From assembly GCA_963730185.1 (NCBI GenBank), contig CAVSQW010000015.1, forward strand, positions 192,001 through 256,000: DNA of 64,000 nt, in the 5' to 3' direction. The notes beneath the pieces were generated by a model that worked only from the letters and a program-made list of their open reading frames with translations, was not told the DNA's origin and did not search any database. A program made the translations under genes and the position numbers. Shown here piece after piece: positions 54,524 to 64,000 of this stretch. The DNA comes from an uncultured Gemmatimonadales bacterium (GTDB taxonomy: Bacteria > Gemmatimonadota > Gemmatimonadetes > Gemmatimonadales > GWC2-71-9). Position 1 is the first letter of the stretch. Each line of letters opens with the position of its first letter.

Positions 54524-56626
54524 CCCCCGCCAATCGAACGACGCGCCGACCGTGAAGGTCCGGCCCGGCGCCGGCTCGAACACCCGCCCGCCGAAGCCGT
54601 TCACGTTGACCGACCCGACGTAGCGGCGGTCGAAGAGGTTGGTCACCGCCGCGAAGGGAGAGAACGTAACCCGCCCACCCGGCCCGCCCAGCGGGAAGCC
54701 GGTGGCCACCCGCGCGGTCGTGACGCCCGCGCCCCAGCCCGGCACCGTGATCGTGTTGAGGTCGTTGGCCGCCTGGTCGGACACCACCCGCTGCTCCAGC
54801 TCGATCCGGACCGGCCCGCGGGTGGCCTCGAGCGTGACCTGCGCCAGATGGCGGGGGATGCCCGGCACCCGATTCCCGTCGAGGGTGTCGGTGGTGGCCC
54901 CGTTCCGGATCCGATAGCGGCGAAAGGTGCTGGCCGAGTAGGTGTAGGCCACCCGGGCGCGGAGCCACCGGGTGGCCTGGGCGTCGAGCCCGACCTCGAG
55001 CCCCCGGTGCCGGAGCCGGCCCGCGTTCTCGAAGTAGGCCCGCCCATCCTGCTCCTCGGCCTGGACGATCGCGTTCCGGATCGAGGTGGTGTAGAGCGCC
55101 AGGTCGATGCCCACTCGCCCCACCCGGCGGAACCCGAGCTCGGCGGTGGTGGCGCGCTGGGGACCGAGGCTCGAATTGAAACCGATCACCCCGGCGCCCT
55201 GGTTCGCGAACTCGGTCGTGGTCGGGGTCTCGAAGGCCGAGGAGAGGTTGGCGTAGACGCTCCAGGCGTTGCGGGTCAGGCTGGCCCCGAGCGCGCCGCT
55301 CAGCGCATCCATGGTTCGGCTGCCGGTCTGGTCGATGCCGTCTCCCAGGTAGTGGTCCCCCACGGCGAACGTCAATCGGTCGTAGCGGACGGCCGCGGTG
55401 ACGGTGAGCGGGTCGGCCGGGGTCAGGTGAAGGGTGACGAACGGACCGACCTCGGTCACGGTCTCCCGCTGGTCGGCGAACACCTGGTCCGTCCGGGCGC
55501 CGCTGTCGGAGCGGGTGTTGAGACGATCGTCCCGCATCCGCTGGAGGTCGAGGCCGGCGCCCAGCCGGGCGCCCCAGGCCTTCAGGGGTCGCTCAGCGAA
55601 GAGCCGAGCCCCTCCGACCACCCGACCGATCGACGAAAAGGTCCCAACCGTCGGACCGCCCCCGCCTGGCGGGGTCGACGCGAGCGGGTTGTCGAGGTTC
55701 CGGAGCACCCCGAAGACCGTCGCCTCGACTCGTCCGCCGTGGGCATCCGCGTGGCTGAGGGTGAGGCCGAGCTGGTGCTGGGTCACCCGCTTGTCGGCGT
55801 CCCGGAGCAGGTTGTTGGGCGCCGAGGCGTCCGGTCTGGACGCGTATTCCGTCGCGGTGAGGGCTCCGGGGTTCTCGGCCCGCGGGTTGGAGGCCAGGAA
55901 GTAGCGGGCCCGGGCCAGCCAGGTCGGCGAGATGACCACGTCGCCCGCGAGGCTGAGCTGGCGGGAGAGGCTCCGGCTGTGCTGCCGGAAGCCGTCGGAG
56001 CGGAACTGGGTGGCCGTGACCTGCCCCCGGACCCGGCCCCGGCTGCCACCGGCCGTCAGGCTGGCCCGGGTGGTGCCGAAGGTGCCCCCGCCCACCCGCA
56101 GGTTGGCCATCGACCGCTCGGTCGGGAGGCCGGTGGTGAAGGCGATGACCCCGCCGCTGGCGTTGCCGTAGAGGGCCGACGAAGAGCCCCGGAGCACTTC
56201 CACCCGCTGGACGGTGCCGAGATCCAGGTTGCTCAGCTGGCTCTGGCCGTCCGGCAGGGTCTGGGGAATCCCATCGATCAGGATCTTGAGACCGCGAACC
56301 CCGAAGGTGGCCCGGCTCCCGGCGCCGCGGATCACCAGGCGGTCGTCGAGCGAGGGGTTGGAGCGGTCGGCGACGAATAGGCCCGGAATCCGGCCCAGCG
56401 ACTCCTCGGGCCCCGCCAGCAGGCGGCCGCTTCGGAGGTCGGCGGTATCGAGCACCCCGACGGCCGCCGGCACCCGGAGCCGGTTCTCGTCCGAGCGGGT
56501 GACCTCGACGTCGAGGGTCTGGAGCCGGACGGTGTCCCGGTGAATCGCGCTGTCGGGTCGGGTCGGGGCCTGGAGAAGGGCACCGGTGAGGGCGGCGGGC
56601 AGTGCGGCGACAAGCACGAGAAGCAT
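54515..56626 (-). CDS. TonB-dependent outer-membrane receptor
   Basis: Signal peptide, plug (LVIRG..ILIDGIP..VEVLRGSSSALYG..GGVI), C-terminal NLFDRRY..PGRTF. Confidence 0.92.
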   Translation of the reverse strand: MLLVLVAALPAALTGALLQAPTRPDSAIHRDTVRLQTLDVEVTRSDENRLRVPAAVGVLDTADLRSGRLLAGPEESLGRIPGLFVADRSNPSLDDRLVIRGAGSRATFGVRGLKILIDGIPQTLPDGQSQLSNLDLGTVQRVEVLRGSSSALYGNASGGVIAFTTGLPTERSMANLRVGGGTFGTTRASLTAGGSRGRVRGQVTATQFRSDGFRQHSRSLSRQLSLAGDVVISPTWLARARYFLASNPRAENPGALTATEYASRPDASAPNNLLRDADKRVTQHQLGLTLSHADAHGGRVEATVFGVLRNLDNPLASTPPGGGGPTVGTFSSIGRVVGGARLFAERPLKAWGARLGAGLDLQRMRDDRLNTRSDSGARTDQVFADQRETVTEVGPFVTLHLTPADPLTVTAAVRYDRLTFAVGDHYLGDGIDQTGSRTMDALSGALGASLTRNAWSVYANLSSAFETPTTTEFANQGAGVIGFNSSLGPQRATTAELGFRRVGRVGIDLALYTTSIRNAIVQAEEQDGRAYFENAGRLRHRGLEVGLDAQATRWLRARVAYTYSASTFRRYRIRNGATTDTLDGNRVPGIPRHLAQVTLEATRGPVRIELEQRVVSDQAANDLNTITVPGWGAGVTTARVATGFPLGGPGGRVTFSPFAAVTNLFDRRYVGSVNVNGFGGRVFEPAPGRTFTVGASFDWRGSE

Positions 56627-56644
56627 GGGTCAACAATACTCTGC

Positions 56645-56674
56645 TTGAAAGGGCCTCGGGGACGCGCCTACTAT
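56645..56674 (+). promoter_or_regulatory. Putative sigma70 promoter giving a very short leader
   Basis: TTGAAA-18 nt-TACTAT, ending 11 nt before ATG 56686. Confidence 0.45.
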
Positions 56675-56685
56675 TATGGCTTGCC

Positions 56686-57763
56686 ATGTCCCTGAGCCCA
56701 CCCGACTTTGCCCGCCCGCCCTTTGCCGGGGCGCCGCCGGCCCGGTTCCAGCCGGCGCCGGCCGACGGCGTGCTACCCGAGAATTTCTTCTGCACCTCCA
56801 ACCTCCCGACCTTCGTGAACGTCGAGGGCTCGTGGCGGATGGCCACCCGAGCCCGGATGGACGGCGTGATCGTGTGCCGGGGCGACGAGGTGGTCACCGT
56901 GGAGCCACGGCTGGTCAAGCGGGGCGAGCCCGTGGCGGTCGGGCTGGCCGAGGACGGCAGCGAGGGCATCGTGGTACACGTCGACGGGTTTCTGGGGACC
57001 GCCGCGAGCCCCAACGAGTTTCGGTTCATGTCGGCCGGAGGTGAGCCGGGAGCGGCCGATGAACTACGAGGAGCTGGCCGAGCGGCTGATCGACGAGCGG
57101 ACCCGGAAGGGGTACCTCATCTGGGTGGTCGGACCCGCCCTGGTGCACGCCCGGGCCCGGACCGATCTGGAGTGGTTCATCGCCCAGGGATTCGTCCAGG
57201 CCATGCTGGTCGGGAACGCGGTGGCGGTGCACGACATCGAGGCCGCGATCTACGGGACCACGCTCGGGATGACCAACGCCGGCCAGGCGGCCGAGCGGGG
57301 GCACGGGCTCCACATGCGGGCCATCAACGCGGTCCGGGCGGCCGGGTCGATCGAGGCCGCTGTGCGGTCCGGGCTGATCACCAGCGGGATCATGCACGAG
57401 CTCGTCGGCCGAAACATCCCCTACGTCCTCGCCGGCTCGATTCGGGACGACGGGCCGCTCCCTGGGGTGATCACCGACGTGGTCGCGGCCCAGGACGCCA
57501 TGCGGGAGCACACGATCCAGGCCACGGGCGCCATCTTCGTCGCCACCGCGCTGCATGCCATCGCCGTCGGGAACATGCTGCCGGCATTCCATACCCATCG
57601 GGGGACGCTCGAGCCCCTGATGACGATCTGCGTCGATCAGACCGAATTCGTCGTCACCAAGCTCAAGGACCGGGGGACGCACCAGGCCTACGGAGTGGTG
57701 ACCAACGCGCAGGATTTCATGCACGTCCTTCGATTCTACGTGGAACGATGCCTCCAGTCATGA
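56686..57763 (+). CDS. TIGR00300 / LOR-SDH conserved-domain protein (ArgZ C-terminal ornithine cyclodeaminase-like); apparent +1 indel near 57037
   Basis: DGVLPENF..TSN, RMD.VIV, FRFMS(AEV)SRE, GPALVH, GNAVAVHDIE, AGSIRDDGPLP, LHAIAVGN, KLKDRG. Confidence 0.82.
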
Positions 57764-58143
57764 CCCCTCAGGGCCCCGGCGTGGGCGGCGGCTGGACCCG
57801 CCTGGCGGTAGCCGTCCGGGCGGAGCTGCCGGTCGAGGAGGTGGATGGGATCTGGGTGTTTCGCACCATCCGGCGCGAAGCCCGCGATTGGGGCACCGCC
57901 GTCCTTTCCCGGGTCGAGGGTGATCGGCGCCGGATCTACACCGCCCGTTTCGCGCTGACCGTCAAGGGCAAGACCCGGGGCCAGTTCGAGTCCGACCTGA
58001 AGGAGGTGGGGAGCGGACCGCTCGAGGCACTCGACGAGCTGCTCGCGCTGGTGCCCAAGCGGGCCGACGAAGAGGAGCCGCCCACCCGCATTCCGGTCGA
58101 GACGTGGTTCCCCCCCGAGGAGGAGTCGGTTGGCGAGGGATGA
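57760..58143 (+). CDS. Hypothetical protein
   Basis: ATGA overlap; DGIWVF..REWGTAV-like segment..RRRIYTARF..EVGSGP; overlaps fur. Confidence 0.7.
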   Translation: MTPQGPGVGGGWTRLAVAVRAELPVEEVDGIWVFRTIRREARDWGTAVLSRVEGDRRRIYTARFALTVKGKTRGQFESDLKEVGSGPLEALDELLALVPKRADEEEPPTRIPVETWFPPEEESVGEG

Positions 58144-58606
58144 GGTGACCCTGGTCGATCGGTTCCGCCGCTATCTCCGGGACCGTCGGCTGCCGGTGAC
58201 CCGTCAGCGCGTCGCCGTGGCGGAGGTTCTGTTCGCGAGCGAGGATCATCCGTCGGTGGAGCTCTTGCGACGTCGCTTGGTGGAGCAGGGAACCCACGTG
58301 GGGATGGCGACCCTCTACCGGACCGTCGACGCTCTGGTCCGGAGCGGCCTGGCCCGGGAGCACGATTTCGGTGAGGGCTTCAAACGCTACGAGGCCGTGC
58401 GGGAGAAGGCGGAGCACGCCCATCTGGTCTGCCGGAAGTGCGCCGGGGTCACTGAGTTCAGCAACGACCGACTGGAGCGGATGCTGCGGATGACGGCCGA
58501 CGAGCACCACTTTCACTACGAGCGGCATCGGGTCGAGATCCACGGCATCTGTGCCGAGTGCCGAGCCCGTGAGCTGGGTGGCCTGCCCCGGGAGTCCCGC
58601 GCGTGA
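58130..58606 (+). CDS. Fur-family metal-responsive repressor
   Basis: TRQRVAV, EDHPS, MATLYRT, HAHLVCRKC, HGICAEC. Confidence 0.92.
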   Translation: MARDEVTLVDRFRRYLRDRRLPVTRQRVAVAEVLFASEDHPSVELLRRRLVEQGTHVGMATLYRTVDALVRSGLAREHDFGEGFKRYEAVREKAEHAHLVCRKCAGVTEFSNDRLERMLRMTADEHHFHYERHRVEIHGICAECRARELGGLPRESRA

Positions 58607-59334
58607 ACGAGGGAAGCGTGGTTCTCGGTCCCGCCATCGCCTTCCTCGGCGGCCTGCTCAGCTTTCTCTCGCCTTGCGTGCTGCCCCTGGTGCCGTCGTA
58701 TCTGGGGTTCATCACCGGGTTTACGGTGGAGGAGATGGGGAACCGCCGCCGCCTGGCGATGGTGCACGCCCTGCTCTTCGTGATCGGCTTCTCCCTGGTC
58801 TTCATTCTGCTCGGCGCCAGCGCGACCGCGTTGGGGACCGCCCTCAGGGTCTACAAAGACTGGATCGAGCGGATCGGCGGGCTCCTGATCATCGCGTTCG
58901 GGCTCTACTGCCTCGGGGTGCTCCGGCTGGGCTTCCTGGGTCAGGAAAAGCGGATGCATCTGGAGCGGAAGCCGGTCGGGTACCTGGGCTCCGTGCTGGT
59001 CGGAATGGCCTTCGCCGCCGGCTGGAGCCCCTGCATCGGTCCGATCCTCGGCGGCATCCTGAGCCTGGCCGCGACGGAGGCCGATCTCCGCCGGGGCTTG
59101 GTCCTGCTCCTGGCCTATTCGGCCGGCCTGGCGGTGCCGTTTCTGGTGGCCGCCTGGGCGGTCGAATCCTTCCTGGACTGGTTCCAGAAGTTCCGCCGGT
59201 ACCTGGGCGTGGTGCAGCGGGTCAGCGGTCTCCTGCTGGTGGTGGTCGGGCTCTTGATCGTCACCGGGCAGTTCGCCCGGCTCGCGTCCTGGCTCCAGAC
59301 GCTCACTCCTGAGGTGCTGCGTCGCTGGCTGTGA
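58603..59334 (+). CDS. ccdA: CcdA / DsbD-type thiol-disulfide transporter
   Basis: SFLSPCVLPLVP and GWSPCIGPIL. Confidence 0.92.
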   Translation: MNEGSVVLGPAIAFLGGLLSFLSPCVLPLVPSYLGFITGFTVEEMGNRRRLAMVHALLFVIGFSLVFILLGASATALGTALRVYKDWIERIGGLLIIAFGLYCLGVLRLGFLGQEKRMHLERKPVGYLGSVLVGMAFAAGWSPCIGPILGGILSLAATEADLRRGLVLLLAYSAGLAVPFLVAAWAVESFLDWFQKFRRYLGVVQRVSGLLLVVVGLLIVTGQFARLASWLQTLTPEVLRRWL

Positions 59335-61078
59335 GGCGGTCCAGCTCCTCCTCGAGAAGCTGCCGCCGCACCAGCTCGGCAAACCGTTCTTGCCGCCGGA
59401 GCAGCGTGTCGTAGGTGCCGCGCTCCACCACCGCCCCACGTTCCAGCACCAGGATCTCGTGAGCCTCCCGGACCGCCGCCGCCCGGTGTGACACCACGAT
59501 CACCGTCTTGCCGATCAGCGCTCCCCGAAGCTCATGGAGGATCCGGGCTTCGGTTTGCGAGTCCACCGCCGAGAGGGCGTCGTCGAGCGCCACGATCGGC
59601 GGATCCTTCGCCAGGGCCCGGGCGATCGCGGCTCGTTGCTTCTGCCCGCCCGAGAGATTGATCCCGCGTTCCCCCAGCATGGTGTCGAATCCCAGGGGGA
59701 GGTCCGGGAGGGCGTCGGTCAGCCGGGCGGTTGCCGCCACCCGGTCCAGCCGCCCGTCGTCGGGCGCGCCGAGCAGGACGTTGGCGCGGAGGGTGTCGCT
59801 GAAGAGAAACGTTTCCTGGGGCACGAACCCGACGGCTCGGCGGACCTCGTCGAGAGGCAGCTCGCGGAGGTCGATCCCGTCGATCAGAATCCGTCCCCGG
59901 TCGGGGTCGTAGATCCGGACCAGTAGCTCGACCAGCGTGCTCTTGCCCGCCCCGGTCGGGCCGACCACCGCCAGCGAGCCGCCGGCCGGGAGTTGGAACG
60001 AGACCCCGGCGAGGGCCCAATCCCGGTCGGCGGCGGCCGGATAGCGAAACCAGACGTCCTCGAAGGTGACGGCCCGGGCGGTGCGGCCCGGGTCGAGATG
60101 GCGAGGCACGGCGGGCGAGCCGATCGAGGCCGGCGCGCGGAAGACCTCGTTGATCCTCCCCATCGCCGCCGCCCCCCGAAGGACCAGGTTGATCGCCCAG
60201 CCGAGAAAGATCAGGGGCCAGACCAGCATGGCGAGGAACACGAAGAAGGCGACGAACTCGCCGGGCGAGATCGTGCCGGCCAGCACCATCCGGCCCCCGA
60301 CCAGCAGGACGATCGCCGCGCTCAGCCCGCCGACCAGCGTGAGCAGCGGATCGAGCGCGGCCTGGGCCCGGGCCAGGCTCAGGTTGAGCCCCACGTAAGT
60401 CTCGTTGAGTCGTGCGAACTGCTCGGTCTCACGCGTCTCCTGATTGTACGCCCGCACCACTCGGATGCCGGACACGTTCTGGTGAACGAACTCGGTCACC
60501 CGGCCGAAATGGGTCTGGATCGCGGCCGACCGCTCGTGAATGCGGCGCCCCAGGAACCCCTCGAGGACCGGGAGCCCGAGCAGCGGGATCAGCGCCAGGC
60601 CGGTGAGCTTCGGGCTGGCGGCGAGCATGGCGGGGATCAGGACCAGGGCCCGGGTCGCCGTGTCGACGAGGTACATCACCGCCGGCCCGGCGACCATCCG
60701 GACCGCCAGGAGGTCGTTGGTGCTCCGGGCCATGAGGTCGCCGGTGGGCATCCGGTCGTAGAACGGTGCCGGGAGCCCGAGGAGCTGGCCGAAGAGGGCG
60801 TTCCGGAGGTCGTATTCGACCCGGCGGCTCACGCTGTTGAGAAGCTGGCGCATGACGAAGCGCAGGGCGCCGCCCACCGTCGCGGCAGCCACCAGGAGGA
60901 GGGCGGCGCGCCGGACGGCAGCTAGCGGATCGGGCCGCTGGAGGGCGTCGATGCCGCGCTCCAGGAACACGGGTGCCAGCGCGTTGAGCAGATTCGACCC
61001 GATGACGGCCAGAAGCCCGGCCAGGTAGACCCGGGTATATTTCTTGAGGTACGGAATCAGGGCTCGGAGTTCGGGCAT
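59303..61078 (-). CDS. ABC exporter, fused permease-ATPase (MdlA/MsbA-like)
   Basis: GPTGAGKS, LSGGQKQR, LDDALSAVD, SHR; N-terminal TM domain. Confidence 0.95.
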   Translation of the reverse strand: MPELRALIPYLKKYTRVYLAGLLAVIGSNLLNALAPVFLERGIDALQRPDPLAAVRRAALLLVAAATVGGALRFVMRQLLNSVSRRVEYDLRNALFGQLLGLPAPFYDRMPTGDLMARSTNDLLAVRMVAGPAVMYLVDTATRALVLIPAMLAASPKLTGLALIPLLGLPVLEGFLGRRIHERSAAIQTHFGRVTEFVHQNVSGIRVVRAYNQETRETEQFARLNETYVGLNLSLARAQAALDPLLTLVGGLSAAIVLLVGGRMVLAGTISPGEFVAFFVFLAMLVWPLIFLGWAINLVLRGAAAMGRINEVFRAPASIGSPAVPRHLDPGRTARAVTFEDVWFRYPAAADRDWALAGVSFQLPAGGSLAVVGPTGAGKSTLVELLVRIYDPDRGRILIDGIDLRELPLDEVRRAVGFVPQETFLFSDTLRANVLLGAPDDGRLDRVAATARLTDALPDLPLGFDTMLGERGINLSGGQKQRAAIARALAKDPPIVALDDALSAVDSQTEARILHELRGALIGKTVIVVSHRAAAVREAHEILVLERGAVVERGTYDTLLRRQERFAELVRRQLLEEELDRLTASDAAPQE

Positions 61079-61093
61079 CAACGGGAGGATTGC

Positions 61094-61924
61094 ATGAGAG
61101 TGCTACGATTCATGGCGCCGATCGCCGCCGCGCTGGCGCTGGCCTGCGGCAAGTCGAACGGCTCCGACGTTGCATCGCAGGACTCGCTCGGCCGGGACTT
61201 GTCCCTGGCCCCCGTCGACACCAGCGCCGCGCTCCACGACGCGCCGGCCGCGGAACCGTCGACCGAGCCCGCCCCGGCCCCGGCACCCTCGCCAACGCCC
61301 GCCCGACCCACGACTCGCCCCGCGCCGGCCTCGCCGCCCGCGGCCAGTCCCGCGCCCGCCCCCGCGCCCGCCCCGGCCCCGGCGCCGCCGCCGGCTGCGG
61401 CCCATCGGAGCGTCGACGCCGGGACCGTGATCACGCTGGCCGCCATCGATTCGTTCACCACCCAGACCCACAAGCCGGGCGAGACCGTCACCGCGCGGGT
61501 TACCCAGGACGTGAAAGACGCCCAGGGTCGGACCGTCATTCCGGCCGGGGCGACCGTGTCACTCACCATCGTCCAGCTGGTGGTCTCGGAGAACAAGGCC
61601 GATTCCGGCAAGGTCGAGCTCCGGGCCACCAAGGTCTCCTTCGGGGGTGAGTCGCACGACCTCGACGGGATGTCGACCCAGGTCGGGTACGAGCTCAAGG
61701 GCCGGGGCGTCAGGGCCGGCGACGCCGCCAAGGTCGGCGCCGGCGCCGTGGCCGGCGCGGTGGTCGGCCGGGTGCTGAGCGGCAAGAAGAAAGGGGCCGT
61801 CATCGGCGGCGTGATCGGCGCGGCCGCCGGCACCGCGGCGGCGATCAACTCGGCCGATCGCGACGTGGTCGTGGCGCCCGGCGCGAAGATCGTCATCAAG
61901 TTGAGCGGCGAGTTCACCAGCTGA
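61094..61924 (+). CDS. Lipoprotein with Pro/Ala-rich linker and glycine-zipper C-terminus
   Basis: GGAGG RBS, lipobox ALAC, (PA)n tract, GAGAVAGAVVG..GAVIGGVIGAAAG. Confidence 0.85.
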   Translation: MRVLRFMAPIAAALALACGKSNGSDVASQDSLGRDLSLAPVDTSAALHDAPAAEPSTEPAPAPAPSPTPARPTTRPAPASPPAASPAPAPAPAPAPAPPPAAAHRSVDAGTVITLAAIDSFTTQTHKPGETVTARVTQDVKDAQGRTVIPAGATVSLTIVQLVVSENKADSGKVELRATKVSFGGESHDLDGMSTQVGYELKGRGVRAGDAAKVGAGAVAGAVVGRVLSGKKKGAVIGGVIGAAAGTAAAINSADRDVVVAPGAKIVIKLSGEFTS

Positions 61925-61935
61925 CCCGGTAATTC

Positions 61936-63642
61936 TCACCATCCGGCCCCCGCGCCGCCCCGCCGGGGATCGCTCGCCCCCAGCCATCCGTCGGCGGTGC
62001 GGATGATCGCCTCCACGTCGCCCATGTAGCTCCGGACGGCCACGTGATGGCCCATCGCCTCGAGCTGGGAGATCACCGCGGGCGCGAACCCGTCCTGCTC
62101 CAGCAGGATCCGGTCGGGCAGGCCCTGGTGATGGAGCCGGGGAACCCAGATCGCCTCGGGCAACGACATCCCATGGTCGATCACGTTGGAGACGACGTGG
62201 TACACCTGGGTGATGATGGTCGGCCCGCCCGGGGTCCCCAGCACCATCAGGAGCCGGCCCTCCCGGTCCAGGACGATCGTCGGCGTCATCGCTGACAGCA
62301 TCCGCTTGCCCGGGGCGATGGCGTTGGCCTCGCCCTGGACCAGGCCGTAGTTGTTGGGCTTGCCCGGCGCGGTGGTGAAGTCGTCCATCTCGTCGTTGAG
62401 GAGGAAGCCCGCGCCTGCCACCGTCACCGCGCTCCCGAAGCTGTTGTTGAGCGTCGTGGTGGTGCTGACCGCGTTGCCGTCCTGATCGACCACCGAATAG
62501 TGCGTGGTGGACGGCCCGTCGCGGAGGCCGACTGCCAGCGTGGAGGTCGGGGTCGCGTGGGCCGGATCGATCTCCGCCCGCCGCTGGGCCGCGTGCTGCT
62601 TGCTGATCATCAGGGCGACCGGGTTGTCGACGAAGGCGGGATCGCCCAACGACGCGTTTCGCTCCACGAAGGCCCGCCGCATCGCCTCGGCCTCCAGGTG
62701 CATGAGTGCCGGGGTGCCGAACGCGGGGAGCGGGTCGAACCCCTCCAGGATGTTCAGGATCAGGGCCAGGGTCACCCCTCCGGACGATGACGGCGGCATC
62801 GAGTAGATGGTGCGCCCCCGGTAGGTGAACTGGAGCGGCTCGCGCCAGCGGGTCTGGTAGTTGGCCAGATCGTGCCCGGTAATGATGCCGCCGCCCCGCT
62901 TCATCTCGGCCACGATCAGATCGGCGATCGGACCCCGGTAGAAGGCGTCCGCGCCGCCGTCCCGGATCGCTTCCAGCGTGCGGGCGAGATCCGGCTGGGT
63001 CCAGGTCGCGCCGGCCGCGGGCGCCCGGCCGCCGGGGAGGAAGGTGCTGGCCGAGGCTCGAAACCGGGCCAGGCGCTCGGCATCGCTCTGAATCGCGTCG
63101 TGGCGATACTGGTCGACCACGAACCCGTCGTGGGCCAGCCGGATCGCGGGCTCGATCACCCGGGTCCAGGGCAGCCGCCCGAAGCGGCGGTGAGCCTCGG
63201 CCAAGCCTGCGACCGAGCCGGGGACCCCCACCGCGAGATGACCGGTCCAGCTCCGGTCGGTCGGGTTCCCGTCGGGGCCGACGTACATCGTGCGGGTGGC
63301 CCGTCCGGGCGCGGTCTCGCGGTAGTCGAGGGCGTAGACCTCGCCGTTGGCGAGGCGGATCATGGTGAAGCCGCCACCCCCCAGGTTGCCGGCCTCGGGG
63401 TGGACCACCGCCAGGGCGAAGCCCACCGCCACCGCGGCGTCGACCGCGTTACCCCCGGCCTGGAGCACGTCCCGCCCGACGGCGCTTGCCAGGGGGCTGC
63501 CGGACACCACCATCGCCCGCATGCCGGTGGCAACCCGGGTGCTGTCGCGGAGGGGCCAATGCGGGTCGATGCCCTGCTGGGCGCCCGCCGGCGCGGTGGT
63601 CGCCAGGAGCAGGAGCGCGAACGCGGTGAGGGGGCGGGTCAC
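61936..63642 (-). CDS. ggt: Gamma-glutamyltransferase
   Basis: GGNAVDAAVA, DYRETAP, TTHYSVVD (nucleophile Thr), LNDEMDDF, LSAMTP, GTPGG, SDPRRGG. Confidence 0.96.
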   Translation of the reverse strand: MTRPLTAFALLLLATTAPAGAQQGIDPHWPLRDSTRVATGMRAMVVSGSPLASAVGRDVLQAGGNAVDAAVAVGFALAVVHPEAGNLGGGGFTMIRLANGEVYALDYRETAPGRATRTMYVGPDGNPTDRSWTGHLAVGVPGSVAGLAEAHRRFGRLPWTRVIEPAIRLAHDGFVVDQYRHDAIQSDAERLARFRASASTFLPGGRAPAAGATWTQPDLARTLEAIRDGGADAFYRGPIADLIVAEMKRGGGIITGHDLANYQTRWREPLQFTYRGRTIYSMPPSSSGGVTLALILNILEGFDPLPAFGTPALMHLEAEAMRRAFVERNASLGDPAFVDNPVALMISKQHAAQRRAEIDPAHATPTSTLAVGLRDGPSTTHYSVVDQDGNAVSTTTTLNNSFGSAVTVAGAGFLLNDEMDDFTTAPGKPNNYGLVQGEANAIAPGKRMLSAMTPTIVLDREGRLLMVLGTPGGPTIITQVYHVVSNVIDHGMSLPEAIWVPRLHHQGLPDRILLEQDGFAPAVISQLEAMGHHVAVRSYMGDVEAIIRTADGWLGASDPRRGGAGAGW

Positions 63643-63756
63643 GAGTTCTCCTTCGTTGCCGAGTTGCCGGGCCCAAGCGCGCCCCGGTAATTTAGACGGA
63701 CGCCGTTCACCTCGTTCGCGACTCCGTCGCGCCCTGGCCCATCCACCCCCGATTCC

Positions 63757-64000
63757 ATGTCCGCCGAACCGCCCGCGGTCCGCCTCACCGAGCGACGCAA
63801 CCCGCGGAGCGCGAACGTCGATCTGGCGACGGCGCTCGAGATCGTCGACCTGATCGGCGCCGAGGATGCCACGGTCCCGGCCGCGGTGGCGCGGGCCCGG
63901 GAGGAGATTGCCGCGGCGATCGGCCTGATCGAGCGCTCGTTCCGGGCCGGCGGCCGGCTGCTCTACGTCGGAGCCGGGACCAGCGGCCGGCTGGGGGTGC
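63757..64000 (+). CDS. murQ: N-acetylmuramic acid 6-phosphate etherase (3' partial)
   Basis: Hand translation: TERRNPRS..D...GGRLLYVGAGTSGRLGV. Confidence 0.92.
   Translation, partial: MSAEPPAVRLTERRNPRSANVDLATALEIVDLIGAEDATVPAAVARAREEIAAAIGLIERSFRAGGRLLYVGAGTSGRLGV

Noticed and set aside
61255..61400. GC-rich DNA repeat as an independent element
   Set aside because: Explained by the Pro-Ala linker of the lipoprotein.

Overview
GC-rich bacterial core-genome window, most consistent with Gemmatimonadota (inference from the EF-Tu switch-I variant, the alpha2-type GlyRS and the PadR/duplicated-permease pair; not verified by a search). In order it holds: the 3' end of rpoB and rpoC; a ~12 kb accessory block (D-cysteine desulfhydrase-like enzyme, PadR plus duplicated FtsX permease, class III aminotransferase, aceK, CoA-transferase, Ig-domain M8-like metalloprotease lipoprotein, two paralogous membrane proteins); the str-S10-spc clusters through secY-adk-map; suhB-like IMPase, trpS, a degenerate PilT-like ATPase and purA; two divergent FimT-PilV-PilW-PilX-like minor-pilin cassettes; glyQS followed by a zincin / unknown / ubiquitin-fold / HDAC cluster; a peroxiredoxin-wHTH-OsmC redox cluster; priA; a TonB-dependent receptor; a TIGR00300-like / Fur / CcdA operon; an ABC exporter; a lipoprotein; ggt; and the start of murQ. 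About ten single-base frameshifts, several in essential genes (fusA, tuf, trpS), are best explained as assembly indels. No rRNA, tRNA, CRISPR array or mobile element was recognised. The best candidates for undescribed biology are the ubiquitin-fold/HDAC/zincin cluster, the twin PilY1-less pilin-tip cassettes (one with a sigma54 promoter and EF-hand loops), a structured ~240-nt fusA leader with its own promoter and palindrome, and dispersed heptamer repeats that sit where ribosome-binding sites would normally be.
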